Shown here: piece by piece, positions 55,913-64,000 of the stretch | How positions within the stretch are numbered: the stretch's first letter is position 1 | Layout: each line of letters begins with the position of its first letter | Origin: Terrimicrobiaceae bacterium | GTDB taxonomy: Bacteria; Verrucomicrobiota; Verrucomicrobiia; Chthoniobacterales; Terrimicrobiaceae | Length of the DNA: 64,000 nucleotides | NCBI GenBank assembly: GCA_041752695.1 | Contig: JBGSVZ010000038.1 | Span: 96,001 to 160,000, forward strand | Direction: 5' to 3' | Notes under the pieces: model-generated | Seen by the model: only the letters and a program-made list of their open reading frames with translations | Databases searched by the model: none | What the model was told of the DNA's origin: nothing | Position numbers and translations under genes: made by a program

Positions 55913-56991
55913 AGCGCGTCCAGCTCCCCGCCCTTAATCGAAGGGTGCATATAATTGCTCTCAATGGTCCTGACTTGATCCCCTGACCACATACTAATTT
56001 GGGTGGCGGAGAATTTCCCGGAATTGGCAAGCTCTGAGATAAACGAGTGCCGCATGGTGTGCATGCTTAACCTCCGCGTCCCCATGATGACCTTGTGTGC
56101 CTTCCTGAAGGCCGCAACATGCTCCTCGAAAGGTCTGCGTGGGTCCCATCTGTAAGTTTTAGAGTCCCTGTTGGGGTGCAGCATGTAAAGGTCTTGGGGA
56201 GTCCACTTATATTCCCCCAGGAAGGCACGAAATTCCTTATGAAGAGGAATGCTCCTCGCCAACTTGCTCTTAGTCTTCCAAACCCTCTTCCTCTTTTTCG
56301 TCTGAACCTCCTCAAACGCGGGGATCTGGATCACGCCCCGACCCAAGTCGAGCCAACCGGGGCGGAAATTGATGATCTCGTTTTTTCTCATCCCCGCGAA
56401 AAATCCCGCGAAGAACACAAACTTCAAATCCCCCTGCTCCTCGGAGACGGCTGCAATGATCTGACGGGCTTCATCGAAGGAAAAATGATCAGTCCTCCTG
56501 GCAACCGGCCGGCGTTTCGAAAACTCCACCCGGGCAGGTTCCTCTGCGAGATAGTCTCGCGCAAAGAGCCATTTCGCAAACGCGTGGAACCGCATTGAGA
56601 GGGTTCGGGCAGTGGCCTCGCTGCGGTCTTGATAAAGGTCGTAGAGAGCCTGCGAGCTGGAAGGCGTCACATCTTGTGTGGAAACCGCCCCAAGCCGCTG
56701 GATGGTCGCCTTGATGGCGTAGAGGGTGCTACTCGCGGTTGATCGCGTGAAGTTCGAAGCGGCCTCCTCGCTCTTGACGTAGTCTTGTGCAAGCTTGAAA
56801 AGTGGATTGGCTGCGTAGCTCTCAGATGGCCGCCCCCGCCTCGGACCGGCCTTGCGGATGGCCTCCCTTTTATCGGTGGTGTCCATGGAGACTCGGATTT
56901 TTTGACCCTTCGTGCGGTAATAGAGCCACCAGACTTCGCCCCGTTTGTAGAGGCCTCTGGCCGGGTCCCCGACCTGTAGTTTTTTCGGCAT
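55909..56991 (-). CDS. int: Tyrosine recombinase (phage integrase)
   Basis: N-terminal arm-binding-like domain, AGMRKNEI, TKSK, HTMRHSF, catalytic Y in IESNYMH; adjacent to attR. Confidence 0.95.
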   Translation of the reverse strand: MPKKLQVGDPARGLYKRGEVWWLYYRTKGQKIRVSMDTTDKREAIRKAGPRRGRPSESYAANPLFKLAQDYVKSEEAASNFTRSTASSTLYAIKATIQRLGAVSTQDVTPSSSQALYDLYQDRSEATARTLSMRFHAFAKWLFARDYLAEEPARVEFSKRRPVARRTDHFSFDEARQIIAAVSEEQGDLKFVFFAGFFAGMRKNEIINFRPGWLDLGRGVIQIPAFEEVQTKKRKRVWKTKSKLARSIPLHKEFRAFLGEYKWTPQDLYMLHPNRDSKTYRWDPRRPFEEHVAAFRKAHKVIMGTRRLSMHTMRHSFISELANSGKFSATQISMWSGDQVRTIESNYMHPSIKGGELDAL

Positions 56992-57041
56992 GATTTGGAT
57001 GAATTTGGGTGCCTAGGAAAGGCACGAATTTGAGCCCGCAG

Positions 57042-57065
57042 TGTGGACAAAAACTGTGGACAAAA
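57042..57065 (+). promoter_or_regulatory. Probable integrase arm-type sites (right end)
   Basis: Tandem TGTGGACAAAA-AC-TGTGGACAAAA. Confidence 0.7.
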
Positions 57066-57191
57066 GCCAGTAGAAAAAAAGTCCTCCTAGGAAAAATATC
57101 TGCAAACCACCCCCGCAAATGCCTGTATCCAAAGGCCACAGAAGCCTGTATTTGTCAGCTCAGGAAGGCCGTTCTTGGGGTCTTGGACTAT

Positions 57192-57236
57192 TCGTTCGCA
57201 ATGAGAAGGTCTGGGGTTCGAATCCCCATACCTCCA
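57192..57236 (+). pseudogene. attR core plus displaced 3' half of host tRNA-Ala(CGC)
   Basis: TCGTTCGCAATGAGAAGGTCTGGGGTTCGAATCCCCATACCTCCA. Confidence 0.95.
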
Positions 57237-57506
57237 CTGCCGCGAAGCGGCCATAAAAAACTCCGGGGATGAGAACGGAGTTCGACGGCCCCGCGCGAAG
57301 CGCCTCTGGAGAGCAAAGCCAAAATCGCAGATCCGCCCTGCGGGATAATCCCCATACCTCCACTGCCGCGAAGCGGCCATAAAAAACTCCGGGGATGAGA
57401 ACGGAGTTCGACTGCCCCGCGCGAAGCGCCTCTGGAGAGCAAAGCCAAAATCGCAGATCCCGCCCTGCGGGATAATCCCCATACCTCCACTGCCGCGAAG
57501 CGGCCA
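57221..57506 (+). repeat. tRNA-linked tandem repeat (126/127-bp unit, ~2.3 copies)
   Basis: Units start at 57221, 57347 and 57474, each with the tRNA 3' end AATCCCCATACCTCCA. Confidence 0.9.
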
Positions 57507-57519
57507 GAAATCTGGCAGC

Positions 57520-57554
57520 AAAAAGGCGGGGGACGTCGTAAACGTGCCCCGCCT
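57520..57554 (-). terminator. Intrinsic terminator for the PEP-CTERM gene
   Basis: AGGCGGGG...CCCCGCCT hairpin with a T5 run on the minus strand. Confidence 0.7.
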
Positions 57555-57612
57555 ATGCGTGACTTAGAGCTGAAGGGACCAGCCTAAATTAACATTCGAT
57601 CACAGTCGGCAC

Positions 57613-59871
57613 TTAGACGTGGCGACGGCGGCGGAAGGCCATCACCGTGGTGAGACCAGCGGTGAGCAGAACCATGGTGGTCGGCTCGGGGACCGCGACG
57701 ACCAGCTGGAGGCTTCCGTTCTGGAAGTAGGCCTTGTTGCCCGATCCACCAACGTTATTGACGGCAAAGGCCTCGCCGAAGTTCGTGATGTTGCTGAAGT
57801 CTCCGGCGTTGGCGATCAGGGTGTAGGTGCCCACTCCGACCGTCGTCCAGTCGATGTCACTGCCATCCGCATTGACCAAGCTGGCCACGCCGAAGGAGTT
57901 GGCGAGGGTCACTGTCCCGGTGACATCAAGAGTCGAAGTCAGGGTGAAGACGAACTGTGCGCTTGAATCTAGGGTCAAATCGCCAGTCAAGGTCCCGTCT
58001 CCGCCAATGCGATTCCCTGCCGCAATGGTCAAGGCGCTACCGAGACCCGAGGCGTCAAGGTTCGTTCCCGCTCCGATTTGGATGTTATTGCTCGCGAGGG
58101 TCGCACCTGTACCCAGCACCAGTGTGCCAGCCGTAAGGGTTGTGCCTCCCGTGTAAGTCTGTGCCGCCGTCAGGGTCATCGTGCCAGAGCCGACCTTGAT
58201 CAGGTTGCCCCCTGTGCCGTTGATAACACCGCCGAACGAGGTGGACTGATTGTTACCCCCCGTGGTGAGCGTGTTGGCTCCGAGATTGATCGCACCATCT
58301 GTTGCGGCGGAGGCAATGGAACCGACGGCTTCGTTCGTGCTGTTGAAGACCAGGGTAGAACCCGCTCCCGCGAAGGTCACTGCCGAACTGTCACCGATGG
58401 CGTTACCACTGGCGCTAAGGATATTGAGAACTGCACCGGTGCCGACGGACGTGGCGCCCGAGTACGTATTGCTGCCGGTCAGGCGAATGAAGCCGGGATT
58501 GCCGGACTCCGTAAGGCTAAGCCCCCCCACACCGGAGATGTTTCCGTTCAGGATCATGTGTTTATCCGTGAAGAAGAGCCCGTTGTGCACATTGAGATCA
58601 CCTTCCAACAGGATGTTTCCATTCAGATTGTAGGTATGGTCACTGCCTCCCCGGATCGTGCGGAATCCACCGGAGCGAACGATAATGTCATTGCTCAAAG
58701 TCTTGCCACCTGCTGTGGGAGTCGATGCCGCGAGCAGGAAGCCCGCTCCTGAGGAATTGCCGGTTTCGCCGAGAATGATATCGCCCGTGCCAAGGCTGAA
58801 CTGGCCTAGTGCTGTGTCGCCGAAAAGTTGCGCCGTCCCTTTGGTGATGACCAGATTGCCCGTCCAGGCACTATTATCGCCGCCCAGCGCGACACGGCCA
58901 AGCCCGAAGTCGGTCGAGGGTGTGCTGCTCGTAACGTTGTTGTAGGTGTCCACAATCAAGTCACCCGCGCCAGTCATGTTGCGAGTAATGAGGATCTGGT
59001 TGGCGAGTGTTGTTCCGGAGGAGATGTTTTGAACGGTCAAATTGCCGTTCAAAATCATCGTCCCAGTGCTGACGGTCAATGACTGAGTCGTGGCTGTGGT
59101 ATTGTTGTAGGCCAGAGTGCTCGAAGCCGTCACCGTCATGTTGGGCGTCAATGTTTTGTTGAGTGCGGATGTCGTTCTCATTTCCAAAGCGCCGCCGGAT
59201 AGAGTGATACTGGACGCCGTGTTAAGATCTGCGCCGGCCGCGCTGGTCGAGCCCATGATTAAACGGCCTTGGCTAACGCCCACCGTTCCCGTGAAGGAGT
59301 TCGCATTTGCTGACGCTATCCGAACCGTACCGGTGCCTGTCTTCGTGAAGCCGAAGCCAGCGCCCGTGATTTGTCGATTGATGAGGAGCTCCCCGGAGCC
59401 ATTATGAATAATGTCGAGGTTGCTGCCCAACGTTAAAGCCCCGCCGGCGGTTCCGACGCCGTTCCAGCCCAGAGTGATGTTTCCGGTAGCATTTGCATCA
59501 ACGGAGATCGACGCATTCCCGCTGTCGGCCTGCATGGTAAGTGCGGCGGCCGCTCCACCGTTGAACGTCCGGAAGTTCGTTAGAAATGCGCCATCCATAT
59601 CCGCGCCGTAAGTGATCGACCTCACAGTGCGCGCGGCACCAAGATCATTGTCCGGGCGGGTCAAAGAATTAAAGAGAAGGTCCGCCGTGTTGTTGAACGT
59701 TGGGACAGCGTTGGGATTCCAGTTGTCCAGGTTGCCCCAGCTGTTCGAGGCGGCGGCACCGCCATCCCAAGTGAACGTAGCAGCCTGCAGAGGAGTCGAT
59801 AATCCGAGTGCCGCGACGGCGATGGCCGCAACGTGAACCCGGTGGAGGAGTGAGGTGGGTGTGGTTTTCAT
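57613..59871 (-). CDS. PEP-CTERM protein with autotransporter-associated beta-strand repeats
   Basis: Signal peptide, repeats such as LIKVGSGTMTLTAAQTYTGGT, C-terminal VPEPTT-TM-RRRR. Confidence 0.92.
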   Translation of the reverse strand: MKTTPTSLLHRVHVAAIAVAALGLSTPLQAATFTWDGGAAASNSWGNLDNWNPNAVPTFNNTADLLFNSLTRPDNDLGAARTVRSITYGADMDGAFLTNFRTFNGGAAAALTMQADSGNASISVDANATGNITLGWNGVGTAGGALTLGSNLDIIHNGSGELLINRQITGAGFGFTKTGTGTVRIASANANSFTGTVGVSQGRLIMGSTSAAGADLNTASSITLSGGALEMRTTSALNKTLTPNMTVTASSTLAYNNTTATTQSLTVSTGTMILNGNLTVQNISSGTTLANQILITRNMTGAGDLIVDTYNNVTSSTPSTDFGLGRVALGGDNSAWTGNLVITKGTAQLFGDTALGQFSLGTGDIILGETGNSSGAGFLLAASTPTAGGKTLSNDIIVRSGGFRTIRGGSDHTYNLNGNILLEGDLNVHNGLFFTDKHMILNGNISGVGGLSLTESGNPGFIRLTGSNTYSGATSVGTGAVLNILSASGNAIGDSSAVTFAGAGSTLVFNSTNEAVGSIASAATDGAINLGANTLTTGGNNQSTSFGGVINGTGGNLIKVGSGTMTLTAAQTYTGGTTLTAGTLVLGTGATLASNNIQIGAGTNLDASGLGSALTIAAGNRIGGDGTLTGDLTLDSSAQFVFTLTSTLDVTGTVTLANSFGVASLVNADGSDIDWTTVGVGTYTLIANAGDFSNITNFGEAFAVNNVGGSGNKAYFQNGSLQLVVAVPEPTTMVLLTAGLTTVMAFRRRRHV

Positions 59872-60086
59872 GTGGAGGAGAGGGTGGGGATCTTCGATGG
59901 GGTGGGGATGAACAGTGGTGTTTGGGGTTACTTTCTGGAACGTCCGGTTTTGGGAGATGGACTCAGATATATTGGGACTTTCTTCAACCGGGGAGTCGTT
60001 GTCAATCACTTTTGTTTGAAATTTGTCTGGAATATCTCCCGGAAGTGAAGAATCTTAATACGTCTGCGCGTCCCCCGCCGTTTCCC

Positions 60087-61598
60087 GTGAAGCAAATCCT
60101 CGCCAGCCTCCTTTTCATGACAGCAACCCAACAAGCCGCCCATCCGGACGAATCACCGTACCGGGTGGACGATGTTGACCCGCTGACCATTCAGGCCAGC
60201 GAGCGGAACTGGATGGCCCACACCCGGTTCGGCATGTTCGTCCATTTTGGGCTTTATTCGATCCCTGCGGGCGTCTGGCAGGGCGAGGAAATGGGGAGGA
60301 ACCACTACGCCGAGTGGATCCGCACCCAGTGGCGCTGGCCGCAGCCGGATGGCGGGATTCCCCAGAAGGACTACAACAGCCTCCTGACGAAATTTAACCC
60401 ATCCCAGTTCGATGCCGACGAATGGATCCGCCTCGCGTCCGAGGCTGGCATGCGGTATTTTGTCATCACCACCAAACACCACGATGGTTTCGCTCTGTGG
60501 GACTCGGCGGTCTCGGAGTATGACGTCGCCGCGACACCCTTCGGGGTAGGAGGTCGCGATCCGCTCGGCGAACTCGCCAGCGCTTGTCGGAAGTATGGGG
60601 TTAAGCTGGGTTTTTACTACTCCCATTGGCAGGACTGGGAGCATCCGGGCGGGGCCCTGCCTCCGTGGCCTGAGATCGAGGGTGACCCGCCGCTCAAACA
60701 GCCGACGGACAGAAACTTTGGCGAATACTGGGAAGGAAAATGCCTGCCCCAGGTTGCGGAGTTGATCGAACGCTACCAGCCGGATATGTTCTGGTTCGAC
60801 TCCTGGGGCCAGGGTGCCAAAAATCAAGTCACCGCCGCGCGCAGGGATCAATTGATCCGTCTGATTCGGGATCGAGCGCCGAATTGCATGATCAATGGCC
60901 GCATCGCCGCCCATGATCCCACCGGTGCGGATTTTATTTCCATGGGCGACAACCAGTTTCCCGATGCGGGCAACGCGCCCAAAGTTCCCTGGGAAACGCC
61001 GGGAACGATGAATCACGCCTGGGGCTACCATCGTCTCGATTTCCGGTGGCGGCCCTTTGACCACCTGCTGAATGCCCTGATCACCAACGCGCATCACGGT
61101 GGTGCCATCACGCTCAACGTCGGGCCGTTGCCGGATGGATCCTTCCAGCAGGCCGCCAAACGCCGGCTGAAGGAATTTGCCGCGTGGATGGCGATCAATG
61201 AATCGGCCCTGCAACCGACGAGACGCAGCCCGTTTGCGGAGGGTGACTTGCCGGATAACCTCCGCTCCACGCAGGGCACGGATCCCGCCAAACCGCACTT
61301 CAACCTTTTGGTGCTCTCCCGGCTGCCTGCCGGTGATCTCACGATCCCCCAGCCCTTGAAGCTGGACAAGCCCCGCACCGAATTCCGGGCGCAGGTGCTG
61401 GAGACGCAGGAATTGCTTGCCGTGCGACAGGACCCCGCGGGAAACCTTGTCATCCGGATCCCCGGAGAGCTGGCCGGGATCGATCATCCCGTCATCCGTG
61501 TTGGCCCCGCCTCATCGATTCCCGCCCGCTACGAGGACGGAACTTTGGTGGAACCGATCAAACCCGGAACCATGCAGAAATCGTCAGCCCCCTTATGA
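60087..61598 (+). CDS. Alpha-L-fucosidase (GH29)
   Basis: RFGMFVHFGLYS, YAEW, TTKHHDGFALW, FWFDSW, WETPGTMNHAWGY, LNVGP. Confidence 0.92.
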   Translation: MKQILASLLFMTATQQAAHPDESPYRVDDVDPLTIQASERNWMAHTRFGMFVHFGLYSIPAGVWQGEEMGRNHYAEWIRTQWRWPQPDGGIPQKDYNSLLTKFNPSQFDADEWIRLASEAGMRYFVITTKHHDGFALWDSAVSEYDVAATPFGVGGRDPLGELASACRKYGVKLGFYYSHWQDWEHPGGALPPWPEIEGDPPLKQPTDRNFGEYWEGKCLPQVAELIERYQPDMFWFDSWGQGAKNQVTAARRDQLIRLIRDRAPNCMINGRIAAHDPTGADFISMGDNQFPDAGNAPKVPWETPGTMNHAWGYHRLDFRWRPFDHLLNALITNAHHGGAITLNVGPLPDGSFQQAAKRRLKEFAAWMAINESALQPTRRSPFAEGDLPDNLRSTQGTDPAKPHFNLLVLSRLPAGDLTIPQPLKLDKPRTEFRAQVLETQELLAVRQDPAGNLVIRIPGELAGIDHPVIRVGPASSIPARYEDGTLVEPIKPGTMQKSSAPL

Positions 61599-64000
61599 AC
61601 CCGGCACCCCATTCCCGCCCTCTCCCCCCATTCTTCTCCAGACAAATCGTGGTGAGGATCCGTCTCTCGCTGGCGGCTTTGCTGTTTGCGCTTGTGGCCT
61701 CGGCCTCTCTCCGCGCGGCCACCATCGCGGCGGGCAACGTCACGACCGCTCTCGGGCCGACGTTTTTCATCGACGATGCGACGAATGGGGGCGGCGATGT
61801 GGACTATTTTGCCAATGGTTCTTATGGAAATATTCGAACCTTTGGCGGCTTGCTGACCCGCAATCAGGGGCCGACCCGCGTGACCCTGACCGGCCTGGGT
61901 TTCGCGGCCCATACGTCCGCCACGGCCAATAACGCCACCTCGGTGAACGTCACGATTATTTATCTGGGAGCGGACGAGACCCGGAATCTTACCGGCGGAG
62001 ATGACGTGGTGATCGGCACCGCGACCGGGACCTACAGCTTCACGGTGGGCGGGGAATATGTCTTTGCCTTCGATACGGCCTTGTCGGCAGATCTGAACAT
62101 CACCGGCACCCGATTCCAAATCGTGATCAACCCGAATGGCACGATGAAGCTCAAAACGGGCTCCATTACCTACGAAAACCCTCCCGCCACCGGTGCCAAG
62201 CTCAGCGTGGCCGGGGTCGTTGCCCCGCTGATCGTGCCGCAGCGTGTCAACCTGGCAAAGTATCAGACGGTGACGGCATCCTCCGTGGTCGGCAACCGCC
62301 TCGCTTCCTACGCGACGGATGGAGACGCCGGAAACGACAGCCATTGGCAGAGCCAAAACTGGGCCTTCAACAATGCCCGGATTGATTTTCCGTTTCCGGT
62401 CGAAGTCGGCAGTGCGCAGGTTTTCATGGGGATAAACGACACGTTGCCCCTGGCCAAATTCGGAATTCAATACCTGGTGGGGAGCACGTGGACCACCATT
62501 CCTGCGACGGATGTCTCGGGGAATACGAATGTGGAGCGTAACCTTGTTTTTTCCAGTCCCGTGACCGCGACCGCATTCCGCATCATTGTCACCGACCCAA
62601 CCATTCGTCTTCGCGAGTTTGCGCTCTATCCGCCGAATGGACCGGCCGGCTATCCTCTGGGAACGGACATCAAAGTCAATCTGGCCCTCCAGCGGCCAGC
62701 CGTGGCCAGCTCTCACACCACGGGCAGTTTTCCGATCAATGCCGTGGACGGCCGAACCCACGCAGGCTCCTCCTGGCAAACCATCACCGCAGGCTTGAAC
62801 ACGCTGGATATTGACACGGTCGCCTCCACGAAAATCGGCAGCGTCCATTTGTATTCTTCTCCTTTGGCGGATTTCACGCTCAAGTATTGGGACGGCACGG
62901 CCTGGCTCGCTATTCCCGGAGGCGTTGTGACCGGCAATACCGATCTCGATCGCGTCATCACCTTTACCTCGCCCGTCACCACCTCCCTCGTTCGGCTGGA
63001 ATTTACCAAGTCCGACGTGACACCGACCGTCATCCGGGAACTGCAGATCTTCCCGGCCAATACGAATAACGTTGGCTATGCGCTCGGGACCAACATTAAT
63101 CCCTCGGGGAAATACGCCGATTACGAGGACTTTAACGACGCATTTTATCAGATCACCAATTCGGCGGCTGGTCTTGACCTTGCCATCGCCACCGGCGGCC
63201 AGCCTGCCTTGAACCAGGCCGGAACGACAACGACCCAGACCCAGTATCAGGTTTTGCTTAATCTGGCCGACGGCACCTATCGGTTGCGCAACCGGGACAC
63301 GGGCAAGTGCCTGTCCGGTGCCCAACTGGCAAAAACGGCTGGATCGGCCCTCACCGACGAGCCCTACGTTGCCCTTCCCCACCAGGACTGGATTCTCCAA
63401 CCGGTTGGCGGGGGCCACTACCAGATCATCAATGCCTGGAGTGGACTGGCCATTGACACCCAGGGTGGAGCGACAGCCCAGGGTTCCGCCTTGGTGCAAA
63501 ACACGGTCAGCAGCGCGACGACGCAACGGTGGATCTTCAACTACGACACCTGGGCTCCCAAGAAAGGCGTCGGTGGCGCCAATTTTGCCGCCGGCTTAGA
63601 CGCCGCGTGGATGTATAATTGGGGACCAACGACCTCGGTGACCCTGCCCACCGACACGGTTTATAATCCCATGCAGTGGGGCAGTTTCAACTGGACCTAT
63701 AACACGGGCTCCGGACCGATCTGGCAGCATTATCCCGCGTGGCGCAAGCGCGGCGATGGCTTTCTTCTGATGGGCTTCAACGAGCCGGATCGGACCGACC
63801 AGTCCAACGTCACGCTGGAGGAAAGCGTCGCCCTTTGGCCTCGGCTGATGGCGCTCGACCAGCCCTTGCTCAGTCCGTCCCCGGGCACCCTCAACCCGCC
63901 CGTCGGCGTGCCCAGCTGGCACGAATTATTCTACGATGAGGCCGCCCGGCTCGGATACCGGGTCGAATACAACGCCATCCACACCTATCCCGGCCCGAGC
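61595..64000 (+). CDS. Partial secreted multidomain protein: discoidin-like domains, ricin-type lectin and GH128-like catalytic domain
   Basis: Frame from ATG 61595, translated by hand in segments: signal peptide, VNLAKYQTVTASS, VNLALQRPAVASS, YRLRNRDTGKCL, TQRW, then KKGVGG...WMYNWG...PMQWG...GFNEPD; no stop seen before the window end. Confidence 0.8.
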   Translation, partial: MNPAPHSRPLPPFFSRQIVVRIRLSLAALLFALVASASLRAATIAAGNVTTALGPTFFIDDATNGGGDVDYFANGSYGNIRTFGGLLTRNQGPTRVTLTGLGFAAHTSATANNATSVNVTIIYLGADETRNLTGGDDVVIGTATGTYSFTVGGEYVFAFDTALSADLNITGTRFQIVINPNGTMKLKTGSITYENPPATGAKLSVAGVVAPLIVPQRVNLAKYQTVTASSVVGNRLASYATDGDAGNDSHWQSQNWAFNNARIDFPFPVEVGSAQVFMGINDTLPLAKFGIQYLVGSTWTTIPATDVSGNTNVERNLVFSSPVTATAFRIIVTDPTIRLREFALYPPNGPAGYPLGTDIKVNLALQRPAVASSHTTGSFPINAVDGRTHAGSSWQTITAGLNTLDIDTVASTKIGSVHLYSSPLADFTLKYWDGTAWLAIPGGVVTGNTDLDRVITFTSPVTTSLVRLEFTKSDVTPTVIRELQIFPANTNNVGYALGTNINPSGKYADYEDFNDAFYQITNSAAGLDLAIATGGQPALNQAGTTTTQTQYQVLLNLADGTYRLRNRDTGKCLSGAQLAKTAGSALTDEPYVALPHQDWILQPVGGGHYQIINAWSGLAIDTQGGATAQGSALVQNTVSSATTQRWIFNYDTWAPKKGVGGANFAAGLDAAWMYNWGPTTSVTLPTDTVYNPMQWGSFNWTYNTGSGPIWQHYPAWRKRGDGFLLMGFNEPDRTDQSNVTLEESVALWPRLMALDQPLLSPSPGTLNPPVGVPSWHELFYDEAARLGYRVEYNAIHTYPGPS

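Larger units (their letters stand above)
18636..57204. mobile_element. Prophage, ~38.6 kb, siphovirus-like with lambda-type terminase/portal, integrated in tRNA-Ala(CGC)
   Basis: 13-bp direct repeat TCGTTCGCAATGA at 18636-18648 and 57192-57204; integrase, replication, packaging, head, tail and lysis genes between them; no tail sheath recognised. Confidence 0.96.

Noticed and set aside
57221..57506. Possible CRISPR array
   Set aside because: Whole 126-bp units are near-identical with no unique spacers, and no cas genes are present.
61529..63526. 665-aa minus-strand ORF
   Set aside because: Antisense shadow of the plus-strand GH128-like gene; no recognisable motifs.

Overview
Window from a GC-rich bacterium, most likely Verrucomicrobiota of the Chthoniobacter/Terrimicrobium type (inferred from a Verru_Chthon pilin-like cassette and a PEP-CTERM protein). 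Left flank (1-18.6 kb): Verru_Chthon cassette, a deletion scar, a GH94 phosphorylase, IS remnants, tRNA-Asn and housekeeping genes (sulfotransferase, glycerate kinase, fabD, DUF2339, nadA, GIY-YIG). Centre (18636-57204): an apparently complete ~38.6 kb siphovirus-like prophage inserted in the anticodon loop of tRNA-Ala(CGC) via a 13-bp core (TCGTTCGCAATGA). Insertion splits the host tRNA, and the phage carries its own full-length tRNA-Ala(CGC) whose anticodon stem no longer matches the att core. The prophage also has a P4-like primase/helicase replicon with an iteron cluster, a MobV-like relaxase, a large secreted HExxH protein with a coupled partner gene, a lipoprotein-rich lysis cassette and an atypical initiator-like tRNA-Met. 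TTGAC sits 13-20 nt (mostly 14-15 nt) upstream of 15 start codons and of the tRNA-Met, too close to be a sigma70 -35 box, which suggests an unusual phage promoter and leaderless expression system. Right flank: tRNA-linked tandem repeats, a PEP-CTERM protein, a GH29 fucosidase and a partial multidomain GH128-like protein. All family assignments come from motif recognition by eye, not from database searches.
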